DNA from: Acidimicrobiia bacterium
GTDB taxonomy: Bacteria; Actinomycetota; Acidimicrobiia; Spongiisociales; Spongiisociaceae
Direction of reading: 5' to 3'
Length of the DNA: 19,627 nucleotides
Assembly (NCBI GenBank): GCA_041576165.1
Contig: JBFGLM010000072.1
Coordinates: 1 to 19,627 of the forward strand
The notes under the pieces were generated by a model. The model was not told the DNA's origin. It saw nothing but the letters and a program-made list of their open reading frames with translations, and ran no database searches. The position numbers and the translations under genes are program-made. This document shows positions 1 to 8,381 of the stretch, one piece after another. Within the stretch, counting starts at the first letter, position 1, and every line of letters begins with the position of its first letter.

Positions 1-778
1 AGGCGACATCTTTCATCTCCCGTTTGGATCGGGCCGCCACGAACCCGTCGATGTAGTCCTGGTTGATCTCGGAGCCCAGGCCGGCCGATGCGATCAGGGC
101 GAGTGAACGGGCCCGGTCGGGCTGTTCCACGGCCATCGCCGAGGCGATGGCGCCGCCCATGGAATGGCCGACCAGAGTGACATCGTCCACACCGAGCTCG
201 TCGAGGACCCTCCACATGAAGCGGGCCAGGCCTTCGGCAGATGGATCGGGAACGGTCAGACTCGACTCGCCGTGGCCGGGCAGGTCGACCGCCACCACCG
301 ACGCATGCTCCGCCAGCGCCCCGATGTTGAACAGCCAGTTGTCGAGATCTCCGCCGAACCCGTGGAGGAGCAGCACCGGGCTGCCTTCCCCGACCTGCGA
401 ATACCGCAGCTGCAGTCCCTCGACCGTAACAGTGTCATACGCCGACTCGGCTTCCTCGCCTTCGACCTCCTCGGGGGGCTCCGGGAACGTGGCGATGAAC
501 TCATCGATCACGGCATCTTCCACCGAGGGGTCGACCAGCACCGCGAGCAGGGCTTGAACCCGGTACTTGGTACCGGGTTCCGCCACAATCCGCCTGATCA
601 CCCCGGCCGAGGTGGCCTCGACCTCCCCGTTGATCTTGTCGGTCTCCACCTCGGCCAGTTCGTCCCCGACTGCGACCGTGTCGCCCTCGGAGACGAACCA
701 CTCCATGATGAGGCCCTCCTTCATGGAAAGGCCCCACTTCGGCATGACGATGGGTACTACACCGTCGGGTTCGCTCAT
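1..778 (-). CDS. acoC: Acetoin dehydrogenase E2 component AcoC (lipoyl domain + alpha/beta hydrolase domain), 3' end outside the window
   Basis: Not in the ORF track; translated by hand from ATG at 778, which overlaps the acoB TGA (ATGA). The product begins MSEPDGVVPIVMPKWGLSMKEG and contains EVETDKING (lipoyl-Lys), LLLHGFGGDLDNWLFN, VDLPGHG and VGHSMGG (GxSxG). The frame is open to the window edge and lies directly downstream of acoB. Confidence 0.92.
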   Translation of the reverse strand, partial: MSEPDGVVPIVMPKWGLSMKEGLIMEWFVSEGDTVAVGDELAEVETDKINGEVEATSAGVIRRIVAEPGTKYRVQALLAVLVDPSVEDAVIDEFIATFPEPPEEVEGEEAESAYDTVTVEGLQLRYSQVGEGSPVLLLHGFGGDLDNWLFNIGALAEHASVVAVDLPGHGESSLTVPDPSAEGLARFMWRVLDELGVDDVTLVGHSMGGAIASAMAVEQPDRARSLALIASAGLGSEINQDYIDGFVAARSKREMKDVA

Positions 779-1797
779 CCAGCCGTCGCCTTGCGCACGG
801 TATCGGCAATCTGGGTGGCGCTGGGGATGTAGGCGTCCTCCAGCACCGGTGAGAACGGCACCGGGGTGTGCGGCGCCGTGACCATCTCGATGCCGGCCTG
901 CAAAGAGCCGAACGCCTCCCGTGCGACCTGCGCCGCCACGTCGGCGGCGATGCTGCACCGGGGATTGGCCTCGTCGACACACACCAGGCGGCCGGTGTTT
1001 TCCACGCTCTCGATGACCGTTTCGAGGTCCAGCGGCGACAGCGTCCTCAGATCGACGATCTCACACGAGATCCCCTCTGACTCCAGGGTTGACGCCGCTT
1101 CTTCGGCCCGGTGCACCATCATCCCGTACGTGACGATCGAACAATCCGAGCCCTCCCTGACGATGTTCGCCTCGCCGAACGGGATCGTGTAGGGCGCTTC
1201 GGGCACCTCGGCTGCGACGTCGTAGAGGGCTTTGTGTTCGCAAAAGATGACCGGGTCGTTGTCCCGGATCGATTCAATCAGCAGGCCCTTCATGTCATAT
1301 GCGTTCGACGGGCAGACCACCTTCAGGCCCGGGATGTGCGTGAAGATCGGTGTAAGCATCTGGCTGTGCTGGGCGGCCGCCCGCAGCCCGGCGCCGACCA
1401 TTGCCCGGATCACCACCGGCGTCTCGGCCTTGCCCCCGAACATGTAACGGAACTTGGCCGCCTGGTTGAAGATCTGGTCGAGACACACACCCATGAAGTC
1501 GATGAACATCAACTCCGCCACGGGTCGCATACCGCATGCGGCCGCTCCGATCGCCGCGCCGACATAGGCCGATTCCGATAGGGGTGTGTCCATGAGGCGG
1601 TCGCCGTGCTTGGCGTACAGGCCCTTCGTCACACCCAGCACGCCGCCCCAGGCGTCGTCTTCGCCCGGGCTGCCGGTTCCGCCAACGATGTCCTCACCCA
1701 TCACGATGACGGTCGGATCGTTGGCCATTTCCTGGTCGAGGGCCTCGTTGATGGCCTCCCGACATGTGATTGTCCTGGTCCCTACGAGAGTTGTCAT
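775..1797 (-). CDS. acoB: Acetoin dehydrogenase E1 beta subunit (TPP-dependent)
   Basis: 340 aa with E1-beta motifs DTPLSESAYVGAAIGAA, AELMFIDF, AAQHSQ, DPVIFCEHK and EIVDLRTLSPLD. The insert GSPGEDDAWGGVLGVTKGL is typical of AcoB. RBS AGGAGG overlaps the acoA stop. Confidence 0.95.
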   Translation of the reverse strand: MTTLVGTRTITCREAINEALDQEMANDPTVIVMGEDIVGGTGSPGEDDAWGGVLGVTKGLYAKHGDRLMDTPLSESAYVGAAIGAAACGMRPVAELMFIDFMGVCLDQIFNQAAKFRYMFGGKAETPVVIRAMVGAGLRAAAQHSQMLTPIFTHIPGLKVVCPSNAYDMKGLLIESIRDNDPVIFCEHKALYDVAAEVPEAPYTIPFGEANIVREGSDCSIVTYGMMVHRAEEAASTLESEGISCEIVDLRTLSPLDLETVIESVENTGRLVCVDEANPRCSIAADVAAQVAREAFGSLQAGIEMVTAPHTPVPFSPVLEDAYIPSATQIADTVRKATAG

Positions 1798-1806
1798 GCG
1801 GGCCTC

Positions 1807-2790
1807 CTAATAAGTCACGTAGACGTCGGTGAGCAGCTCCGAGATGTCGGGATCGGGCGCAACGATGGCCGCTGCGACCGCCTCCTCGATCAGCGCTCGG
1901 GCCTCTGCATCGATCTCGTCGAACTCCGACGCCTCGACCACACCCGCACTCTCGACCGTATTCCGGAACTTGGTGACGCAATCCCGGTTCTCGCGCAGAT
2001 CGACCACTTCGCCGTCGGCCCGATATGTCTGGGCATCGCCCTCGAAGTGGCCGTAAAAACGCACCATCTCGCACTCCATCAGCGACGGCCCGCCACCTTT
2101 GCGGGCCCGTTCGATGACCTCTCCAGCCGCCTCGTACACCGCGAAGAAGTCCGTCCCGTCGACGCTGATGCCGGGCAACCCGAAACCGGCGGCTCGGTCC
2201 ACATAAGAATCGACCGCCACTCCATAATCGCGAGACGTCGACTCGGCATAGCCGTTGTTCTCCACCACGAAGATCGTCGGTAGGTTCCACACGGCGGCCA
2301 GATTGAGGCTTTCGAGAAACGTGCCCTGATTCGAGGCACCGTCGCCGACGAAACTGATAGCTACATCACCGTTGCCGCGGTGCTTCGCAGCGAGTCCTGC
2401 TCCACAGGCCAGCGGGGCGCCGGCGCCAAGAATCCCATTGGCGCCCATCATGCCGACGTCCAGCTCGGCAATGTGCATCGAACCGCCCTTGCCCGCACAC
2501 GAGCCACCTACCTTGCCGTAGATCTCCTTCATCATCTCGCGCGGATCAACGCCCTTGGCGATGCAGTGCCCGTGACCGCGGTGGGTACTGGCGATCCGGT
2601 CTTCGGGCCGGAGGTGCATCATGATGCCCGTGGCGGCTGCCTCCTCACCAGCGTAGAGGTGCACAAAGCCAGGGATCTGGCCACTGGCGAAATCCAGATG
2701 CAGGCGATCCTCGAATTCACGGATCGTCCGCATGGTGCGGTAGGCCTGTAGTAGCCCGTCCTTGTCGAGCGGGAATGGGTTGTCACCCAT
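1807..2790 (-). CDS. acoA: Acetoin dehydrogenase E1 alpha subunit (TPP-dependent)
   Basis: Motifs GFVHLYAGEEA, STHRGHGH, GKGGSMH, TPP-binding GDGASNQG...ENN and RFYGHFEGD. Start placed at ATG 2790 because AGGAGGAGG abuts ATG 2796 with no spacing but lies 6 nt from ATG 2790. Confidence 0.95.
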   Translation of the reverse strand: MGDNPFPLDKDGLLQAYRTMRTIREFEDRLHLDFASGQIPGFVHLYAGEEAAATGIMMHLRPEDRIASTHRGHGHCIAKGVDPREMMKEIYGKVGGSCAGKGGSMHIAELDVGMMGANGILGAGAPLACGAGLAAKHRGNGDVAISFVGDGASNQGTFLESLNLAAVWNLPTIFVVENNGYAESTSRDYGVAVDSYVDRAAGFGLPGISVDGTDFFAVYEAAGEVIERARKGGGPSLMECEMVRFYGHFEGDAQTYRADGEVVDLRENRDCVTKFRNTVESAGVVEASEFDEIDAEARALIEEAVAAAIVAPDPDISELLTDVYVTY

Positions 2791-2807
2791 CGGCATCCTC
2801 CTCCTTA

Positions 2808-3866
2808 CTATTCCTTCGGTTTTGCGAACGCAGCTTCGGCCTGTGAGAAGAACTCACCGGTCTCGGCGGCCCACCGCATCACCCCTCCTACGTCGATGCT
2901 CCGGAATCCGCCAGTCCGCAGCATCACTGTGGCCATGTCGTTTTCGGCCAGTTCCAGCTCGCGCTCGCCATCTAGCGCCAGGGTCCCCGCCTCCGGGCTG
3001 ATAGGGACCGGTCGGCCCGGCCACATGCGCGACCACTCTTTGATCCCAACCGCCTCAACCATGCCGGGCCCGATCGGCGCCAAAACGCGCCGATCTGCGT
3101 CGGGTTGCAAAACCACATGCAAGCCATGGCCGACAGTCCGATCGACTGGTTCGATGGCGCCGGCGATCGCCGACATCCCTATGGCTTCCGGATCGCCAAA
3201 GGTCACGAACAGCTCGACGATCGACTCCATGCGCCAGAGCGCGCGGGCGCCCACGTAGCGGTCCGTCGAGGCCACAACGTCGACGAGTGCGAGGTCGGTG
3301 ACTTCTCCGTCGTTGATTGACACGTCCAGCAGCTTGTTGGCCACGAGCGCCACCGAGGATGGTGCGACTCCCGTGGCGTACAAACCGACTGCTAGTCCGG
3401 TGATGGTGGACTCCCGCAGCTCCGGATAGGCATTGTTGGTCCCGGTCGACAGCCCGGCGATCGGGACGCGGCCGCACGCCGAGACCGTGGCGCGATGCGT
3501 CCCATCACCACCGAGCACGATCACCGCGTCCACCCCTCGCTCTGCCATCTGCTGCGCGGCGACGTGGGTGTCTTTGACCGTGGAGGTGACCGGCATGTCG
3601 AGGAACTCCACGTGGGGTATGTCCCATCCGAGGTTCTGGTCACGCTCGATGGCCCGCCGGAGCATGGCCTGGATGCCCTTCCTGTCGGGCATGGCGAGAA
3701 CCTTGTCGACGCCGGCGGCGGCGAGCGCAGACAGCGCCCGAAGCACGATGTTGGTTCGATCGGCCACCTGGAGGCTCGACGCGTTGGCAATCACCCGGCG
3801 GATATCGCGCGCCGAGACGGGGTTGGCGATGATGCCTACCGATCCGTTACGGACGTCGCGCTCCAT
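2808..3866 (-). CDS. acoX: AcoX, ATP-NAD kinase-like family protein of acetoin operons
   Basis: 352 aa with VGIIANPVSARDIRR, LGGDGT, STGTNN and LALDGERE (NAD kinase/AcoX fold). First gene of an acoXABC cluster. Confidence 0.88.
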   Translation of the reverse strand: MERDVRNGSVGIIANPVSARDIRRVIANASSLQVADRTNIVLRALSALAAAGVDKVLAMPDRKGIQAMLRRAIERDQNLGWDIPHVEFLDMPVTSTVKDTHVAAQQMAERGVDAVIVLGGDGTHRATVSACGRVPIAGLSTGTNNAYPELRESTITGLAVGLYATGVAPSSVALVANKLLDVSINDGEVTDLALVDVVASTDRYVGARALWRMESIVELFVTFGDPEAIGMSAIAGAIEPVDRTVGHGLHVVLQPDADRRVLAPIGPGMVEAVGIKEWSRMWPGRPVPISPEAGTLALDGERELELAENDMATVMLRTGGFRSIDVGGVMRWAAETGEFFSQAEAAFAKPKE

Positions 3867-3938
3867 CGTTGGGTCCCCGGGTCGACATTGGCGGGGGCAG
3901 CCGCTGGCGGGCTGACCCGAGAGAGCGGCGAGGGACTA

Positions 3939-3968
3939 GTTATAGCAACGAACTCGGGCGCATGGCGA
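3939..3968 (-). promoter_or_regulatory. Candidate sigma70-type promoter of acoXABC
   Basis: Minus strand reads TCGCCA-N18-TATAAC with an extended -10 (TGCTATAAC, 8/9 match to TGnTATAAT). It sits in the only AT-rich patch about 75 nt upstream of acoX. Confidence 0.4.
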
Positions 3969-3972
3969 GCGA

Positions 3973-3995
3973 ATGGAGCGTTCCATCCGGCGGAA
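3973..3995. promoter_or_regulatory. Overlapping inverted repeats, candidate operator upstream of the aco promoter
   Basis: ATGGA-GCGT-TCCAT (3973-3986) overlaps TTCC-ATCCGGC-GGAA (3981-3995), just upstream of the putative -35. Confidence 0.3.
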
Positions 3996-4310
3996 TGGCT
4001 TTGGCCTGGCGGTCGAGAAAGGGTGGATCACGTGTTAACGGCGAGTCGCCAGCCACCCTGAGTGGGCCGCTGGGCGGTCATGATCGCCACCTGGTTGCGA
4101 TGGCCTCGACACCGCCTGCGCCTGTTCTCCATCGCGGGCCGCCGGCAGACTCCAGGCGGGCAGTCGCCGTGACCTTTGCCTCTTGGCGGAAATCGCTGCC
4201 GAGGTGACCCTGGCAGTGCGCACTTTGCGGTGCCGGCTGGCACCTTGCGGACCGGGAACCTAGCCACCAGGTTTTCGCCGCAATGGTGGGATGCAGCGAA
4301 AGGCGGACAT

Positions 4311-5378
4311 ATGAGCAGGCTCACCTGGATCAGGTCCCATCCCGCCGCCTCGTTCTTTCTCTTGACGCTCGCGGTCAACTTCGCACTGCTGATCCCGGTC
4401 CTGTACCTGCGAGATTCGGTGGACGAGCCGCTCGTCGCCATCTTTGCTTTGTATGCCCCTCGATTGGCCGTGTACTCCCCGGTTCTGGTCGGGATCGCGC
4501 TCATGCGGTGGATGGAACCGGATCGAAGCCGCGCATCCGTTCGGGCGCGCTGGACGACCTTCGCGATCGTGTGGCTCCTGGCGGTGGTGGTCTTTGCGCT
4601 GGAGTATCGGACTCAGGCTGAAGAAATCGACGATGTGGGATTTGCGGCGCTACTCGTTCTCGCGGTTCCGGCAGCACTGCTGCCGGCCTTCGTCGTTTCC
4701 GCCGCATTCAGTCGCGTCGCCGGAGTTCGTGAGTTCCTGTCCACTCTTGTCCGCCCGACGGGTCATGTGGTCTGGTATTCGGTCGCGCTGTTCACGTTTC
4801 CCCTGCTGAATGTGTCAGGCCTGGTCGTCACACAATTGGTGTCCCGAGAGCCCTTGTTCGCCAACATCCAATTGAGCAGCGAGGTTCTCTGGGCCACTTT
4901 GGTCACATTCGCATTCGTGTTCTTCTACAGCGGTGGAATCAACGAGGAAGGCGGCTGGCGCGGATTCGGCCAGAGATACCTTCAGAGAAACCACAGCCCT
5001 TTGACCGCCAACCTGCTGCTCTACTCATACCTGGTGGTGTGGCACATCCCCAATGACATCGTGCAGTATGCCGACGGCGGATACCTGCGCATCCGCATAG
5101 CTCTCTATCCGTTCATAGTCATCCTGTTCGGATGGGTCTACAACCGGACCGGGGGCGGCATCCTCGCGCCAGCCCTGTTCCATGCGTCGATGAACTCCAT
5201 GAACACGCTGCAAGATGCCATCCCAGGCACGACGGTGGGCTCGGTGCTGCTCGTTCTCTTCGCCGTCTACGCCGTCGCGAGCGACCGGATGTGGAAGAGG
5301 CTTCCAGCCCCCCGGACACGCGCTGACGATATGCCCGACCGGCCGGCCGTGGCCGGATCGCAGGTCCCATCGAGTTAG
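4311..5378 (+). CDS. CPBP family (CAAX/Abi) intramembrane glutamic endopeptidase
   Basis: Multi-pass hydrophobic protein with GGINEEGGWRG (EExxxR), VVWHIP and LFHASMN (HxxxN) motifs. Start set at ATG 4311 (MSRLTWIRSHP) after AAAGGCGG. Confidence 0.88.
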   Translation: MSRLTWIRSHPAASFFLLTLAVNFALLIPVLYLRDSVDEPLVAIFALYAPRLAVYSPVLVGIALMRWMEPDRSRASVRARWTTFAIVWLLAVVVFALEYRTQAEEIDDVGFAALLVLAVPAALLPAFVVSAAFSRVAGVREFLSTLVRPTGHVVWYSVALFTFPLLNVSGLVVTQLVSREPLFANIQLSSEVLWATLVTFAFVFFYSGGINEEGGWRGFGQRYLQRNHSPLTANLLLYSYLVVWHIPNDIVQYADGGYLRIRIALYPFIVILFGWVYNRTGGGILAPALFHASMNSMNTLQDAIPGTTVGSVLLVLFAVYAVASDRMWKRLPAPRTRADDMPDRPAVAGSQVPSS

Positions 5379-5495
5379 CGCCGGCAGGCGGGCGCCGCGC
5401 ACCGAGACCCTCAGCGAAGAACATGTGCCATCCAGTGCCCAAGGCCCCTGCCCGCCGGCGAATCCGGGGGGGCATCCTGGACTTGGAGGACGCTA

Positions 5496-5747
5496 ATGGC
5501 TACGACGACGCGCGTGAGTCGGGACAGTCTCGGGGTGGCCGTGGCGATCGCAGTCCTTCTCGTGTATGGGCTGTTTCGTCCGGGCAGCCTGGCCTTCTCC
5601 ACCCCGTTCCTGATCGCACCGGGTCTCGTCATGCTCTGGACGGTCAGGCGCAGCGCCGACGCCAGCGAACGGCGGGGTGCACTGACTGTCACTGCAGCAG
5701 CAGTAGTTGGCGTGATCGTTGTGTTGTTCATCAACACGCTGCGGTGA
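5496..5747 (+). CDS. Small hypothetical membrane protein (83 aa, about 3 TM helices)
   Basis: GGAGGA RBS 5 nt before the ATG, three hydrophobic segments and GC-rich third codon positions. Confidence 0.7.
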   Translation: MATTTRVSRDSLGVAVAIAVLLVYGLFRPGSLAFSTPFLIAPGLVMLWTVRRSADASERRGALTVTAAAVVGVIVVLFINTLR

Positions 5748-5770
5748 CACCCGGTACTCGTCGGTGACGC

Positions 5771-5791
5771 GGCCCCTCCTCCCCGGGGGCC
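5771..5791. terminator. GC hairpin between convergent genes, possible terminator
   Basis: GGCCCC-N9-GGGGCC, 24 nt after the stop at 5747; no U-tract. Confidence 0.25.
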
Positions 5792-5908
5792 TGCGGCCCC
5801 AGCCGTACTCGCCAGCACCGGCGACCATCGGGACCTGCGCTGGCGCCGATGTACCCGTCGGATTCCGTCTAGATCTTGCCGCGCGCACCCACCCCGGACC
5901 GTCTGTTC

Positions 5909-6889
5909 TCACACATCGACCACGGCCAGGTAGGGCTCGGTCAAGGTTCCGACGTACAGGCGCCCGTCGTGCCATCGAGCGGACGTGGTGATCGCCACGG
6001 TGCCCGAGGAGTCCTGCAGGTTGTGGGTGACGTTGCCCTCGGCGTCGAAACCCAGCACCATGCCGTGTCGGAGCGGTTTCGGCTTGGCGGCGTCGGGCAA
6101 GCGGTGCGTCACGTGGCGCAGCCACGGCCTCGGCAGCATGAGGTCCACGAGGGCCTGGCGGGGCGAAGGTGCGGCATTCCACAGAGTGCCGTCACCAAAT
6201 GTCAGATTGTCCGGGAATCCAGGCAGGTTGTCTACGAACACCTCCGTCGTGCCGGCCGCGGGTCCCGTGAGGTGGTGACGGTGGATTCGGTAACGGGCCG
6301 TCTCCGCCACGTACAGAACGGATTGGTCGTCGCTCAGAGCCACCCCGTTGGCGAAGGCGAGACGGTCAACCACCACGGTCACCTCTCCGCTCGTGTCGCG
6401 CCGGAAAACCCTCCCGGTGGGCCGGCCTTCCAGCAGGTCCGCAACGTATTGATCGATGGTCCAACGCATCGACGTGTCGCTGAAGTAGATCGTCCCGTCG
6501 GCGGCGACCGTGGCGTTGTTGGTGAACAGCAAGCGCCTCCCGTCGAAAGAATCCACGAGGGTCTTGACGGCCCCGCTGGGCGACACGAGCTGCAAGCCGA
6601 GGTTGGCGTTGCATACCAGGAGATCGTCGCCGTACAGCTCGAGACCGAGCGGCCGGCCCCCCACGTCGGCCAGCAGCTCGGGCGAGCCGCCATCCGGGCT
6701 GAACCGCACCAGCCGTCCATCGTCCAGCCCGGCGATCGCCCGACCGGCTCCGTCGATCACCACGTCTTCCGGTCCTCGCCCGTTGACATCCCATCGCCGG
6801 GCTTTCCCGAGGTCTGCGTTTTCTTCGTACGCACCTTCGAGAGCGGGTGCCTTCGGGGGGTTCCACGCCACCGGCGAAAAGGTTGTCAT
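5909..6889 (-). CDS. SMP-30/gluconolactonase/strictosidine synthase-like beta-propeller hydrolase
   Basis: 326 aa with GPEDVV, GGRPLGL, FTNNATVAADGTIYFSD, LAFANGVALS and DNLPGFPDNL. TAGGCT-N6-ATG suggests a leaderless start. Confidence 0.88.
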   Translation of the reverse strand: MTTFSPVAWNPPKAPALEGAYEENADLGKARRWDVNGRGPEDVVIDGAGRAIAGLDDGRLVRFSPDGGSPELLADVGGRPLGLELYGDDLLVCNANLGLQLVSPSGAVKTLVDSFDGRRLLFTNNATVAADGTIYFSDTSMRWTIDQYVADLLEGRPTGRVFRRDTSGEVTVVVDRLAFANGVALSDDQSVLYVAETARYRIHRHHLTGPAAGTTEVFVDNLPGFPDNLTFGDGTLWNAAPSPRQALVDLMLPRPWLRHVTHRLPDAAKPKPLRHGMVLGFDAEGNVTHNLQDSSGTVAITTSARWHDGRLYVGTLTEPYLAVVDV

Positions 6890-6937
6890 GGAAACAGCCT
6901 ACGATCTCCATTGTTGCGATGCCGGTTCGCCTGCGGC

Positions 6938-8242
6938 TCATGCCGCCGAACGCAACACCGGGGCGTACCCCGGCAATGGCAGTGCCACGCCGGCGCGGGT
7001 CTGGGTGTCGTAGAAGACCAGCTCGGCATCCTGCGGCACTCCGGTCCAGTTCGACGTCACATCCGGCCACCGCTCATAGACCAGGAACCGGCTCTCGGTC
7101 GACCAGACCATCCGCGTGACCCACCAGCTCGGCTCTGCGATCTCGGCGACGACGATGCCAGAGGCCACCTCAACGATGCGGACCTCTGACCCGAAATTCG
7201 CAACGAGGTCGGGCACCAGGGCCAGGAGCGACCCGTCGGGAGATGAGAGTGCGCTTTCGAGCCGCTCGCCGTCGGCCAGTCCGGGCACGGTGCTGCGGTC
7301 AGTGCCGTCCGCGGAAAGAAGGAACGAAGTGGCACGGGCCCTTCCCAATCCTTCGGTCCAAATCGTGCTGCCCCCTGACCCCACGCCCACCAGCCACTCT
7401 CCACGAGGGCCCAGGCTTCCTCTCGCCACCTCTATTGCCTCAGCGTTCAGCAGCACGTGGCCAGTACCGGATCCTTCGGTCGTGTGGAGGAGGAATCCCC
7501 AGTCACCCCAGCGCTCCAGCCACACGCCTGCCTCCGCGCAGGCGAAGTCCGGCAACGACCAGCTCCTCGCATCCGGCGTGCGAGCGGTGACACCGGCTGT
7601 GTAGAGCACCACAGCCGAGTCGGGAGCCTCCCGGGCACACGCCAGCCAGGCCAGCCGACCCGGCTGAGTGTCGTGCCATACCGCAGACCATGCCCTGGCG
7701 CCAGCCGCCTCTTCGAGCAACGGCGGCGACGCGACCAGAGCATCAGGGACGGCTCGAACGGTGAGGGAGGATTCGCCCCGGATCTCGGCGAGCCAGCGGC
7801 CCGAGGCGTCCACGTTTCGGTTCCAGCCGCCGTCATCGTGGGCGAACGACATCACGGTTTCGGGTGCTGGTTGCGAAGCTTGCCATCGCAATACGTCAAC
7901 CCCGTCGTGGCCCCACGTCAATGCGGTGATCGTATCGGCGAAACCGGGTACCAACTCTCTCAGTGGCACATCGGAGATGGCTCGATGGACGGGCACCGAC
8001 GACGCCACCGAGGCTGCGAATGTGTCTGGAGTCGTCGTGTCGCCCGGCACGATCACGTGTGGGTGATCGAGGGTGCCGGGTGGCGGAGATCGCAGCAGCC
8101 AGCCCAGGACTAATGCCGTTACCACCGCAGCACCGATCCACCAGCGGGACCGGCGCTCCTGAGGGTCTCGTCCGCCTTGTGACGGAAGGAACTCGGGGTC
8201 GATCGTCACGTTGTCGTCTACTGCGTTCCGCTGCCCGCTCAC
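6938..8242 (-). CDS. Hypothetical membrane-anchored protein with C-terminal beta-propeller-like (PD40/TolB-like) repeats
   Basis: Long ORF with one N-terminal TM helix (WWIGAAVVTALVLGWLL), Trp-rich strands, SSPDGSLLALV and WSTESRFLVY. Start uncertain (GTG 8242 or 8209); the ORF-track start at 8437 overlaps the divergent K+ channel gene. Confidence 0.68.
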   Translation of the reverse strand: MSGQRNAVDDNVTIDPEFLPSQGGRDPQERRSRWWIGAAVVTALVLGWLLRSPPPGTLDHPHVIVPGDTTTPDTFAASVASSVPVHRAISDVPLRELVPGFADTITALTWGHDGVDVLRWQASQPAPETVMSFAHDDGGWNRNVDASGRWLAEIRGESSLTVRAVPDALVASPPLLEEAAGARAWSAVWHDTQPGRLAWLACAREAPDSAVVLYTAGVTARTPDARSWSLPDFACAEAGVWLERWGDWGFLLHTTEGSGTGHVLLNAEAIEVARGSLGPRGEWLVGVGSGGSTIWTEGLGRARATSFLLSADGTDRSTVPGLADGERLESALSSPDGSLLALVPDLVANFGSEVRIVEVASGIVVAEIAEPSWWVTRMVWSTESRFLVYERWPDVTSNWTGVPQDAELVFYDTQTRAGVALPLPGYAPVLRSAA

Positions 8243-8381
8243 CCGGTGAACATCCCACGCCGCGCACCTGCTGGCAAGGGTGCCTGCTGGCCCGGCCCCG
8301 GTCGCGACGTGCCGCGAGCGGTGGCGGTCGTCCTGTAGAGATCCCCAAACTCCGACGGGTGGGCGGCTACCTTCACCACGG

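Noticed and set aside
3996-4219. Possible ncRNA, riboswitch or small ORF between acoX and the CPBP gene
   Set aside because: Only short imperfect GC hairpins and no recognisable riboswitch or tRNA motif. An Rfam search would be needed to exclude it fully.
4211-4248. sigma54-like TGGCA...TTGC elements
   Set aside because: The GG-to-GC spacing is not 10 nt in either case, and they face away from the aco operon.
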